A DNA stretch of 62,144 nt, counting the filler, from a bacterium (GTDB lineage Bacteria > J088 > JAWLBW01), in NCBI GenBank assembly GCA_041690355.1. It is 4 parts of 4 records of this genome, joined end to end, with 100 filler letters (N's around TTAATTAATTAA, not from the genome) between each part and the next. Parts side by side here need not be neighbours in the genome. Positions count along the whole stretch, not along the records: positions 1 to 19,042 come from JAWLHK010000021.1; 3 more parts are not named here. The stretch is one strand, 5' to 3'. The position numbers were made by a program, and so were the translations under genes. This document shows positions 1 to 8,854 of the stretch, one piece after another (position 1 is the stretch's first letter; the number at the start of each line of letters is the position of its first letter). The notes under the pieces were generated by a model. That model searched no databases. It worked only from the letters and a program-made list of their open reading frames with translations, and was not told the DNA's origin.

Positions 1-1
1 C

Positions 2-1297
2 CACGGAAGCGCTCGTCGACGGGGGGTCGGTCTCATCCATGACACAGCTGACGACAATGTCGTCGACGTTCGCCTCGGCGGTGCCGCTGCCGTTCTCGAC
101 GGTACAGACCTGGCCGTCGGGCTGCGTCGCGACGGTGACGTCATAGGGCTTGCCCGAAGCGACGGTCCCGGAAAAGACGAAGACGCCGTCCTCGGTAATG
201 GTCTTGTCGTCGCCGCCATTGTTCTGCAACACCAGCGTGCCGGTCAGTCCCTGCACCTGGCCACCGATCGCGTGACTCTCCGCATTTGCACATACACCCG
301 GAACGTGGCGGACCTTTCGGATTCTCGCGTTCAGCCCGTCCGACACATAGAGGTCGACGCCGTCGGAGCTGGCGCCGACCGCGACAATTGCGTTGGGAGA
401 GGAGAACGTTGCCTCTTTACCCGGACCGTCAGCGTATCCGCTGCTGCTACCGGCGATGGTGGTCACCTTACCGGTGGCAATCACAATTTTGCGAATTCTC
501 GTGTTTTCGAAGTCGGCCACATACAGATGGGTTCCGTCGGTTGCCAATCCCGTTGGTTCGCTGAATGAGGCCTCTTTACCCGTGCCGTCGGCCCTGCCCC
601 TTGTGCCGGAACCCGCCAGGAGGGTCACTTCGCCCGTGGCGATGACGATTTTGTGGATACTCTCAGTGCCAAACGAACTTACGTACAGATGGGTTCCGTC
701 GGTGGCGAGCCCGCGGGGTCTACTGAATCCTGCGGCCAACATGGTTACTTCGCCGGTGGCGATTACCACCTTCATGACCTTGCCAAGGCCGTAATCTGCG
801 ACATACAGATAGGGGCCCTCGGCAACAACGCCGTACGCCTCCTGAAAGGTCCCGGGCGCCACCATTGTGGTCACCTCACCCGTGTCAATCGCCACTTTGC
901 GAATTGCCTGGTTCTCCGAAACGTAGAGATGAACGCCGTCGGTCGTGATCTGTTTAGGCTCGTCGAAGGAGGCTTCCGCACCAAATCCATCGACCCTACG
1001 CTGCTCTCCGGAACCGGCCAGCGTGGTCACTGCTCCGGTGGCCGTGGTGACCTTGCGGATGTTTTCATTGTCGTTGTCCACGACGTATAAATGGGTACCG
1101 ACACTTGTGATGCCTAGTGGCAGGTGGAACTGCGCGGTGGTACTCGTTCCGTCGGCGAACCCCAACGTGGAACCGGTCAGGGTCGTCACCTGCGTGTCGC
1201 CACAGTCGTACGTCTCGGCGCCTGTACTCGGGCAGGCCGTCAGCAGGGCCAGCATCAGGAAAAGCGTACTCGTACGCAACGGAAATCCGGTGTTCAT
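2..1297 (-). CDS. NHL-repeat (beta-propeller) lipoprotein with C-terminal Ig-like repeat; runs off window edge
   Basis: Not in ORF track (no stop in window). Manual translation from ATG 1297 with upstream GAGG: MNTGFPLRTSTLFLMLALLTAC (lipobox). Repeated P-x-GL/IATDGTHLYV-x-D...IRKIVIATG-x-VTT units, then GGQVQGLTGTLVLQNNGGDD...YDVTVATQPDGQVCTV. Confidence 0.85.
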   Translation of the reverse strand, partial: MNTGFPLRTSTLFLMLALLTACPSTGAETYDCGDTQVTTLTGSTLGFADGTSTTAQFHLPLGITSVGTHLYVVDNDNENIRKVTTATGAVTTLAGSGEQRRVDGFGAEASFDEPKQITTDGVHLYVSENQAIRKVAIDTGEVTTMVAPGTFQEAYGVVAEGPYLYVADYGLGKVMKVVIATGEVTMLAAGFSRPRGLATDGTHLYVSSFGTESIHKIVIATGEVTLLAGSGTRGRADGTGKEASFSEPTGLATDGTHLYVADFENTRIRKIVIATGKVTTIAGSSSGYADGPGKEATFSSPNAIVAVGASSDGVDLYVSDGLNARIRKVRHVPGVCANAESHAIGGQVQGLTGTLVLQNNGGDDKTITEDGVFVFSGTVASGKPYDVTVATQPDGQVCTVENGSGTAEANVDDIVVSCVMDETDPPSTSASV

Positions 1298-1587
1298 TTC
1301 GATTGATCCTCTTCGTCAAGCCCTGCATGTGCCTGCCATACACGGGCCGTGGGTTTACGGCTTCGTGGGCGTCATCCTGTTTGCGGCAGGGTTGTCGTGC
1401 CGCTACACGGGGAAACCTTAGATAATACAGGTAAAGGCGTTGGAATGAAGTAATGATTTCTTTACATCGAGACGCCGGCAACCTCTTCAGAACCTTAGAG
1501 GGGGCAAATGGACCTGGAAGCGTCCGACGCGCGCGCTCCGGAAACAGCAGTCCGACAATGGGGCCTGTCTCGCTAGAGAGTATTCAC

Positions 1588-1751
1588 ATGGCAAAGAGAA
1601 GTAGAGACTGGAACGAGGGATTGGCCGAAGACCTGCGGGATCCCGAGTTCGCCCGGGAGTTCATCACCGCCGCACTCGAAGAGGGGATTTGTTGCTGGCG
1701 CCCTTGGGCCTGCAGTTGACCGTTGCGCCGCGAAAGCGCCGGCGTGCCTGA
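1588..1751 (+). pseudogene. Addiction-module antidote (HI1420/HigA-like HTH antitoxin) remnant with internal deletion
   Basis: N-terminus MAKRSRDWNEGLAEDLRDPEFAREFITAALEEG joins out of frame at ~1689 to a typical C-terminus LLAPLGLQLTVAPRKRRRA*. The central HTH is missing and no toxin is adjacent. Confidence 0.65.
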
Positions 1752-1998
1752 GCAGAGGTGTTTACGATGGAGCGGTCCAGTCCGCGCCGTCGCTCGAGCT
1801 GCCGGAAGTGCACCTTTGCCCCTTCAAGTCCCCACGGCAGTGCTCGACGTAAACGAGGGCTGCCCCGGGGAGCAAGCGGAAAATCGTTTTCAACCAGGCG
1901 TTGGACCTTGGGCTGCCGGCGCGTTTCATTTCTCAAGTACGGCAGCGACAAAAAATGGTCAAATTTTGGACCCCTGTTTTTGAATGATTTCAATGGCT

Positions 1999-2028
1999 TC
2001 CAATTGTGCAATTAATTGCACAACTGGA
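1999..2028. repeat. 30-bp AT-rich palindrome
   Basis: TCCAATTGTGCAAT-TA-ATTGCACAACTGGA; 14-bp arms, one mismatch. Confidence 0.8.
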
Positions 2029-2090
2029 GGGGTACCCTACCCCGGAAGGCGAAGCGCCACAAGCAAAGCATCGACCATTCAAGGCCTCGG

Positions 2091-2912
2091 CTACGCCAGC
2101 CCCAGGCTGAAACAGCGCATGGAAATGCTTCCGTTCTCGAGCCCTTCGTACTCGTAGCGCAAGGCGTCGCGGTCGTCGGCGGCTCCCAGGGGATAAAACA
2201 GCGGATACCAGTGATCCGGCGAGGGAATGCTGAGCCGGCCGGCGGTCGTGCTCAGGGCATCGTTCCGGAGTGCCGCGTAGTCCCGGTTCTCGAGCCGCGC
2301 CTTGACCCAGGCGTCGAACTCCACCGCCCAGTCATACGGCGCGACCTCGCCGCGCAGAACGGCGCGGCGCAGGTTGTGCACGATGTTTCCGCTGCCGACG
2401 ATGAGAATTCCCTCGTCGCGCAGGGGTCGCAGCTGCTCGCCGAGCTTGAAGTGATACTCGGCCGGCTGCTCCATGTAGATGCTCAGCTGCAGCACCGGGA
2501 TGTCGGCTTCGGGGTACATGTGGCGGAGCACCGCCCACGTGCCGTGATCGAGCCCCCAATTCTCGTCGTCGGGGTGGACCTTCGGATCCTCGATCCGCGC
2601 GCGGATGAAGTCGGCGATGGCCGGGCTGCCCGGCGCGGGGTACTGCACCTGGAAGAGCGCCTCGGGAAAGCCGTAGAAGTCGTGGATCGTGCGCGGCTGT
2701 GCCATGCGCGTGATCCAGCTCCCCTCGGTCATCCAGTGGGCCGAGGCGCACAGGATGGCCCGCGGCCGGGGAATCTCGCGCCCCAGCCGCGCGAGCGCCT
2801 GCGTAAAGGCATTGTCGGCGATCGCGTGCATGGGATTGCCATGGCCGATGAAGATCACCGGCATGCGGGCGCCGGCAGCGGATTTTTTCGCTCGACCCAT
2901 CGATGTACTCAT
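2091..2912 (-). CDS. ygiD: 4,5-DOPA extradiol dioxygenase family (YgiD/LigB-like)
   Basis: MPVIFIGHGNPM, SAHW, TIHDFYGFP, GLDHGTW, GSGNIVHNL motifs; start uncertain (2912/2900/2864). Confidence 0.9.
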   Translation of the reverse strand: MSTSMGRAKKSAAGARMPVIFIGHGNPMHAIADNAFTQALARLGREIPRPRAILCASAHWMTEGSWITRMAQPRTIHDFYGFPEALFQVQYPAPGSPAIADFIRARIEDPKVHPDDENWGLDHGTWAVLRHMYPEADIPVLQLSIYMEQPAEYHFKLGEQLRPLRDEGILIVGSGNIVHNLRRAVLRGEVAPYDWAVEFDAWVKARLENRDYAALRNDALSTTAGRLSIPSPDHWYPLFYPLGAADDRDALRYEYEGLENGSISMRCFSLGLA

Positions 2913-3111
2913 GCGGAAAAGAGTCCTCTGGATGCGTTCAGCCGTTCCGAGTCTTCCCTGCATTGATCCTACCGCACGCGGACACCCGGCGCGGGCATGC
3001 GGAGCGGAATGCGCTTGGGGCGCGTGTGCAGCCGCGAGGCGAAGCTTCTGCGGGAGTTGACCGAGGGGATAAGTGAACAACCGTGCCGCCGCGGAACGCG
3101 CGGTTCCCGGC

Positions 3112-3195
3112 CGGGAGTGCGACCCCGCTGGGGTCGGGGCGCCAATTCGGATGCGTGAGACTCAAGAGTGGGCCCCCTACGGGGTCCGCGAGGTG
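3112..3195. repeat. REP-like hairpin pair (GAGTGCGACCCCGCTGGGGTCG family)
   Basis: Related copy at ~21221-21250 (CTCAAGAGTGCGACCCCGCCGGGGTCGG). Confidence 0.6.
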
Positions 3196-3228
3196 TTCAA
3201 TGGAATCCCTGAAGGGCCGGGGTGCGTC

Positions 3229-3639
3229 TCACAAAAACGACGCGTCGGAACAGGCGATGCGCTCGAGCTTCCCCTTGCGCTTGATGAGGTTCTTGTAGTC
3301 CCACTGGATCTCCCGGGCCTTCTTGAGCCACCGGCGGAGATCCTTCGCATTCACCTGGGCGGCCGCGGTGAAGCGGGCTTCGGCCGCCTTGAAGCGTCCT
3401 TCGGGCTGCAGGCCCGGTTCGTCGAACGACTGGCCGCTCCAGAACAGCAGGCGGACGCACGATTTGAGCTTGCTGTAGCCGACGATCGGGTTCCCCTCGA
3501 GAAACCAGACGGGATGCCCATGCCAGACTTTGTTTTCCGCTTCCGGCAGGGCCGTCGCGATTTCCTTCGCGAGGCGTTCCGCGATTTCGCGGTCGGCCGG
3601 GGCGAGGGCCTCATGGTAGGCCTGGGTCGTTGGATGCAT
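3229..3639 (-). CDS. DUF1801 (YdhG-like) domain protein
   Basis: AENKVWHGHPVWFLEGNPIVGY...LLFWSGQSF...IQWDYKNLIKRKG. Confidence 0.85.
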   Translation of the reverse strand: MHPTTQAYHEALAPADREIAERLAKEIATALPEAENKVWHGHPVWFLEGNPIVGYSKLKSCVRLLFWSGQSFDEPGLQPEGRFKAAEARFTAAAQVNAKDLRRWLKKAREIQWDYKNLIKRKGKLERIACSDASFL

Positions 3640-3742
3640 CGGTCGCCTTTCGTTCACCATCTCCGCACGTCCTGATAGAATGCGCTTCAGGCGAATCCAC
3701 GACGACGCGCCGCGTAGCCGCCACGGCAGAAAGACTCCGGAA

Positions 3743-4501
3743 TTAGCCGCGCTTCTCCGAAAGCGTCGCCACGATGGGGGCGCCCCGGGTGACGATCATC
3801 GTATGCTCGTACTGCGCCGAAAGGTTGCCGGCGTGGCCGACCAGCGTCCAGCCATCGGCGGCTTCGGTCACCGACGTGCTTCGCGTCGACAGAAACGGCT
3901 CGATGGCGATGACCTGCCCTTCCCGCAGCCGGCGCGTATCCCGCGGGTCGTAGTAGCCGACGATGTCATCGGGCTCTTCGTGCAGGCTGCGCCCGATGCC
4001 ATGGCCCGCCAGATTCCGAATCACTTTGAATCGGTGGACCTCCGCGGTCCGCTGAATCGCGTGCCCGATGCGGTGAAGGGGCGATCCGGCCCGCGCTTCG
4101 GCCATCGCGTGCTGCAGGGCCAGCCGCGTGGCGTGACATAGGCGCGCCTTGACCTTGGAGACGGGCGGAACCACGATCGTACCCCCCGTATCCGCAAAAT
4201 AGCCGTCGAGCTCGGCCGAGACGTCGACGTTCACCACGTCGCCCGCCCGAATCACGCGCGGACCGGGGACTCCATGCGCGGCCTCTTCATTGATGTTGAT
4301 GCAGGTCGCGCCCGGAAAGTCGTACATGACGCGGGGGGCCGATCGGGCGCCATGCCCATTCAGCAGCGCGCCGCCCAGCTTGTCGAGCTCGGCCGTCGTC
4401 ATGCCCGGCTCGATGGCCTGCAGCATGGCGTCGCGCACCCGGGCGACGACCCGTCCGGCATTCAGAATGCCATCGATATCCAGCTGGTTTCGTATCGTCA
4501 T
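3743..4501 (-). CDS. map: Type I methionyl aminopeptidase
   Basis: FPGATCININEEAAHGVP, VNVDVS, ADTG, GHGIGRSLHEEP, AIEPF, SAQYEHT. Confidence 0.95.
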   Translation of the reverse strand: MTIRNQLDIDGILNAGRVVARVRDAMLQAIEPGMTTAELDKLGGALLNGHGARSAPRVMYDFPGATCININEEAAHGVPGPRVIRAGDVVNVDVSAELDGYFADTGGTIVVPPVSKVKARLCHATRLALQHAMAEARAGSPLHRIGHAIQRTAEVHRFKVIRNLAGHGIGRSLHEEPDDIVGYYDPRDTRRLREGQVIAIEPFLSTRSTSVTEAADGWTLVGHAGNLSAQYEHTMIVTRGAPIVATLSEKRG

Positions 4502-4592
4502 GGGATTACTCTACCGGAAACGCACGGCCGCTTCCGCCCGATGCGCCTGTTCATTTCCGCAGAACGCTTGTGCGGGCCCCACGCGAAAAATC

Positions 4593-5000
4593 TCAGCCTG
4601 GGCGCGCCCACGCCAGCATCGGGATGAACCCGCCCGCGATGAGACGCCTGCCGTCAAATACCGGCGGAAGATCCGAGAAGTTCATGCGCGGATCGCTCGT
4701 CAGCTTCGCCATGCCGGCGTCGCGTGTCGCCTTGTCGGGCCACTCCACGAACGACAGGACGACCGCCTCCCCCTCCCCCGCTCCGGCGGCCCGGACGAAG
4801 GTTGCGTACTCCTCAGGTGCGCGCCGGACCTCCTCGGCATGGTAGGTCGATGCATCGGGGCCGGCTTCATCGAGCCAGCACTCCGTGACCCGCAGTGCCC
4901 CGCACTCTTTCACGACCTCCACCGAAATTCTCGCGAGTTCCTCGTACGCAGCCTTGTTCTCCCGGGGTACCGGTACGAGGTAGCAGTCGATGTACGCCAT
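4593..5000 (-). CDS. DUF1428 (YbaA-like) protein
   Basis: MAYIDCYLVPVP...GALRVTECW...WPDKATRDAGM...FDGRRLIAGGF. Confidence 0.85.
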   Translation of the reverse strand: MAYIDCYLVPVPRENKAAYEELARISVEVVKECGALRVTECWLDEAGPDASTYHAEEVRRAPEEYATFVRAAGAGEGEAVVLSFVEWPDKATRDAGMAKLTSDPRMNFSDLPPVFDGRRLIAGGFIPMLAWARPG

Positions 5001-5070
5001 GCGCGTTCTCCTGTTCGAATGGTGAGCGACAAACCCGCCGCGAGCCTGCGGGCGAGCCGCGAAGCCAACC

Positions 5071-5814
5071 TCAATTGATGATCTCACCCGTGTTCCGGGC
5101 CAGTCGTTCGCGCCACTGGCGGATCTCGTCCGGCGTCTGCCGGACCCACTCCGTCGCTTCGGCGACGATCTTCAAGGGCGCCTCAGAGCGGTAGGAGCGC
5201 GTCGGGTTGCCGGGGAACTTCTTGTCGGTCACATTCGGATCGTTCTCAAAAGGCCCGGTCGGCTCCACGATATACACCCGCTCCGGGCCTTCCCCTTGCG
5301 CCAACGCAGCCGCCAGCCCCGCCCCGTTCACCTGGGCGGTGAAATAGATGTGGTTCATCCTGAGGTCGGGCTTGTAATTGGACGTGCCCCCCGGGGTCAG
5401 CAGATCGCCGACCTGCAGAGCCGCTTTCGTCCCGTGATAAAAGGGCCCCGTATCGGTGGGTTCATACCGAAACGAGGCCGCCTGTTCGTTGTACTTTTCC
5501 GCCTCGTCCGGGTTCCCCAGTTCCGCATGGCACCGGGCAATGTTCGAATACAGGAACGGAAAGGCACTCCGGACCGAGTCGTCGTCGATTCCGGTTGCAT
5601 GCCGCAAGGCCGTTTCGAGCCACTCCAGCCGGTCGGACGCGTTCTGGGAATGCCGGGCGACGTAATAGGCCGCCAGGAATTTCTCGAAGTCGCGGGTCGC
5701 TTCGTCCCAGGCTTGACGGAACAGCCTGCCCGCTTCGGCGGGATTGCCGCTTTCTTCCATGGCCATCGCCTGGAGACAGCGTTTCACCACGGGATTGGCG
5801 GGATTGAATTCCAT
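5071..5814 (-). CDS. arr: NAD(+)--rifampin ADP-ribosyltransferase with N-terminal TPR-like domain
   Basis: C-terminal GPFYHGTKA, GDLL, NHIYFT, VYIVEPTGPFENDPNVTDKKFPGNPTRSYRS; ~120-aa helical N-terminal extension. Confidence 0.9.
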   Translation of the reverse strand: MEFNPANPVVKRCLQAMAMEESGNPAEAGRLFRQAWDEATRDFEKFLAAYYVARHSQNASDRLEWLETALRHATGIDDDSVRSAFPFLYSNIARCHAELGNPDEAEKYNEQAASFRYEPTDTGPFYHGTKAALQVGDLLTPGGTSNYKPDLRMNHIYFTAQVNGAGLAAALAQGEGPERVYIVEPTGPFENDPNVTDKKFPGNPTRSYRSEAPLKIVAEATEWVRQTPDEIRQWRERLARNTGEIIN

Positions 5815-5931
5815 TTCTGTCGCCCCCTTCGGACGGGTGTTTCGAGTACCGCTTCTCGCGGCCGCAGTGCAACCACTATAGCGAGCGAACCGCCCGCCAC
5901 GCAATCGGGCGCACCGAGCGCAAACCGCCAG

Positions 5932-6050
5932 GCGCCGAGTGCCAAGCGCCAAGAAGCAAGGACGTGGTGATCTTGGTCCTTGCCGGAAAATTCGTCACTC
6001 GTCTCTCGTCACTTGGAAAAGCGCCGAGCGCCAAGCGCCGAACGCCGAAT
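5932..6050. repeat. Composite heptamer arrays (AGCGCCA)n / (CGTCACT)n
   Basis: Imperfect tandem 7-mers; similar composite at 8743-8854. Confidence 0.75.
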
Positions 6051-6069
6051 GGTAATTCCTCCTCCTGAT

Positions 6070-6130
6070 TCCTCCTCCTCGGTGGAGGAGGAGGACCGGG
6101 CGGGGCCGACCCGCCCGGAGGAGGTGGTGC
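6070..6130 (+). repeat. ~60-bp palindromic repeat, copy 1 (direct-repeat partner at ~8092-8152)
   Basis: TCCTCCTCCTCG-N-TGGAGGAGGAGGACCGGGCGGG...CCCGCCCGGAGGAGGTGGTG. Confidence 0.8.
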
Positions 6131-6273
6131 CCCCCGCCTGAAGGCGGTGTCGCGCGAGGATATATTCCCGGCGCCTTCCCGGTTGCCGATCGGCGTGCCG
6201 CGGCCGCGCCGTGGGTGCTACAACGGCGGAGAAGCTTTGCGCAGGGTTCGGCATCGGGCCCGGGAGTATCTCC

Positions 6274-8031
6274 ATGTTCACGAAGCGACTGGCTGCAGGG
6301 ACGATTCTTTTGCTCGCTGCGGTGCTGTTCGAGGTTCCGGGTCACACCCAGGGCCAGCCCGCCTATGAGCGGCCCGAAACGCGCGCGCTCGTCGCCCTGG
6401 TGTCCGACGCCGCGGCGCTCGTGCGCGAAAAGGGCGAGGCGGCCTTTCAGGATTTCGGCCGACCCGGCAGCCGCTGGCGCGACCGGGAGACCTACATCTT
6501 CGTGATCGATCCGGCCGGCAACATGCTCGTGCACGCCGATCCTGCGCTCGAAGGGAAGAACCAGCTCGACCTCGAAGACGTCAACGGCAAGCCCATCGTG
6601 CGCGGGCTCCTCGGCGCGGCGCTGGGCGCCCCCGACCGGCCCGGCGGCTGGTACCACTACGAATGGCCCGTTCCCGGCGGGCTACTGCCCCGGTGGAAGA
6701 GCAGTTACGTACAGCGGGTGCAGACTCCCTCCGGCAGGCAGTACATCGTCGGCAGCGGCATGTACAACGACGAAATGGAGCGGGCCTTCGTCGTCGACGC
6801 CGTGACCCGGGCCGCCCACGACATCGAGCGGCATGGCAGGGCGGCGTTTCCGCGCTTCCACGATCCGAAGGGACCCTTCATCTTCAAGGACGCCTACGTC
6901 TTCGTCGTCGACATGGACGGCACCGAGCTCGTGAACCCGGCGTTTCCGAACCTCGAGGGGCGAAACATCCGCGACGTCGAAGACGCGCAGGGCAAGCCGC
7001 TCGTGCGCGAGATGCTCGAGACCGTGCAGACCCGGGGTTCGGGATGGGTCGACTACCTGTGGCCGAAACCGGGCGAGAGCGACCCGACCCGCAAGTCGGC
7101 CTACGTGACCACGGCGCGGCTCGGCGACCGGCGGGTGCTGGTGGGGGCCGGGGTGTACCTGGCCGACGCGCCGACGGTTGTCTCTCCCGAGCCCACGATG
7201 ACCGCTTCGGAGCTGCGGGCGCTCGTGCGCGATGCGGCGGCGGTCTTCGCGCGCGAAGGAGAAGACGCCTACCCCCGCTTCCGCGAAAGAGGGTCGAAAT
7301 GGTTCCACGACGACACGTACTTCTATGTCTGGACCCTTTCGGGCACGCGCGTCTTTCACGCGGCGAACCCCGAGAGCGAGGGCGAAGACGTGCGCAACCT
7401 GACGGACATCGTTGGCAAGCCCATCGGCAGGATGTTTCCCGACGCCGTCTCGGGGCCCACGGGCGAAGGCTGGGTCCACTACATGTGGCCCGAACCCGAC
7501 GACATCTTCCCGCAGTGGAAGTCGTCGTTCATGAAGCGGGTCACCTTTCCCTCCGGCGAGCAGGTTCTGATCGGCGCCGGCATCTACAACATGGAGATGG
7601 ACCGCGTGTTCATCGAAGACGTGGTCGACCGGGCCGCCGCCCGGGTGGCCGCGCAGGGGCAAGCGGCCTTTCCAGCCCTGCGTGACCCGAAGGGGCCGTT
7701 CGTCTTCATGGATACCTACGTCTTCGTCACCCACCCGAGCGGCGTCGAGCTGGTGAACCCCGCGCACCCCGGTCTTGAGGGGACGAACATCGCCGGGGTC
7801 AGGGACATCCGCGGCACGCTTCTGGTGCGCGACTACGTCAACGAGGCCCTCGAAAAGGGGGAGGCCTGGGTCGACTATTTCTGGTACCGGCCCGGCGAGA
7901 ACACGCCGGCGCAGAAACACACCTACGTGCGCAAGGTGCGGCACGGCCCCGACACGTATATCGTCGGCTCGGGGTTCTATCCGCGGGCCGAAGCGGCCGA
8001 TGGCGAACCACAGCGAGAGGGGGAGCGGTGA
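6274..8031 (+). CDS. Secreted protein of four tandem single-Cache (sCache_2-like) domains
   Basis: Signal peptide, then four repeats of Y-x-FV...H/N-PA-x-P-x-LEG-x-N...D-x-x-GK...GW-x-x-Y-x-W-x-x-P...K-x-x-YV...VG-x-G-x-Y; no membrane anchor or output domain. Confidence 0.85.
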   Translation: MFTKRLAAGTILLLAAVLFEVPGHTQGQPAYERPETRALVALVSDAAALVREKGEAAFQDFGRPGSRWRDRETYIFVIDPAGNMLVHADPALEGKNQLDLEDVNGKPIVRGLLGAALGAPDRPGGWYHYEWPVPGGLLPRWKSSYVQRVQTPSGRQYIVGSGMYNDEMERAFVVDAVTRAAHDIERHGRAAFPRFHDPKGPFIFKDAYVFVVDMDGTELVNPAFPNLEGRNIRDVEDAQGKPLVREMLETVQTRGSGWVDYLWPKPGESDPTRKSAYVTTARLGDRRVLVGAGVYLADAPTVVSPEPTMTASELRALVRDAAAVFAREGEDAYPRFRERGSKWFHDDTYFYVWTLSGTRVFHAANPESEGEDVRNLTDIVGKPIGRMFPDAVSGPTGEGWVHYMWPEPDDIFPQWKSSFMKRVTFPSGEQVLIGAGIYNMEMDRVFIEDVVDRAAARVAAQGQAAFPALRDPKGPFVFMDTYVFVTHPSGVELVNPAHPGLEGTNIAGVRDIRGTLLVRDYVNEALEKGEAWVDYFWYRPGENTPAQKHTYVRKVRHGPDTYIVGSGFYPRAEAADGEPQREGER

Positions 8032-8091
8032 GGAAGCCTGTGGCCACTCGGATTCCGGGACACCGCTCGTTGAATCCAGGGCTCGCGTCTC

Positions 8092-8152
8092 TCCTCCTCC
8101 TCGCTGGAGGAGGAGGACCGGGCGGGTCGATCCCGCCCGGAGGAGGTGGTGG
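8092..8152 (+). repeat. ~60-bp palindromic repeat, copy 2
   Basis: Near-identical to 6070-6130, same orientation. Confidence 0.8.
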
Positions 8153-8185
8153 CCGACCGGAGGTGGTGGCCGGCGATGTTCCGCC

Positions 8186-8572
8186 TCAGGCTTCGAGAAA
8201 GCGCAGCGCCTCGGCCTCGTCGCGGAAGACGTTGAAGGCGAGGCCCGACTCACGGCCCTGGCGGCTGAGCTGGAGCTCACCGACGGCGCTGCGGACGAGC
8301 ATGGCGCTCTTGCGCCAGCCTTCGGTGGTCTGGCCGGCGTATTTCCTTACGGCGTTCTCGAAGGCTTCGTCGTTGCGCAGCGGCCCTTCACGCAGGTCGA
8401 GCAGAAAGGCGTGCCGGGTGCGGTCGAGCCCGCCCACAGAGCCGGCCACGTCGCTGAAGGCGCGTTCGACGTCGTCGAGCTGCTCGAACCGGGCGGCGCT
8501 GCGCTTCACGCGCACGAGGGATCGATCCGCGTCGACTTCGACGGTGAAGTATCGGTTTTCCAGTGCGATCAT
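8186..8572 (-). CDS. Hypothetical protein (STAS/SEC14-like small alpha/beta protein)
   Basis: LLDLREGPLRND...SAMLVRSAVGELQLSR...FRDEAEALRFL; GC-type codon usage. Confidence 0.65.
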   Translation of the reverse strand: MIALENRYFTVEVDADRSLVRVKRSAARFEQLDDVERAFSDVAGSVGGLDRTRHAFLLDLREGPLRNDEAFENAVRKYAGQTTEGWRKSAMLVRSAVGELQLSRQGRESGLAFNVFRDEAEALRFLEA

Positions 8573-8742
8573 GGGGAATACCACGTTGGGGGTTGCCGGT
8601 CGTCAGACCCGCCGGCGAGCGGGCCTCCACGGTAGTTTATCACCCTTCCCGCGCCCCGGGGTGAAACCGTGGCGCCAGTCGCCTCGGGTCGAACGGATTT
8701 TTCTGTGCCCTTGCCGCCGAATCGTCAATCGTCACTCGGGGA

Positions 8743-8854
8743 AAGCGCCAAGCGCCAAGCGCTGAGCGCCAACGAGGCAAGGGCAAGGTGTTTCAAGGTT
8801 CTTGCCGGCGCACTTGCCTGAACTCGTCACTCGTAACTTGTCACTCGTAACTTG
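8743..8854. repeat. Composite heptamer arrays (AGCGCCA)n + (CACTCGT/AACTTGT)n
   Basis: Tandem 7-mers; the second array supplies the last codons and stop of abfD. Confidence 0.8.

Noticed and set aside
1760-1945. Possible small ORF or transposase remnant after the antitoxin fragment
   Set aside because: No convincing motif or RBS in any frame.
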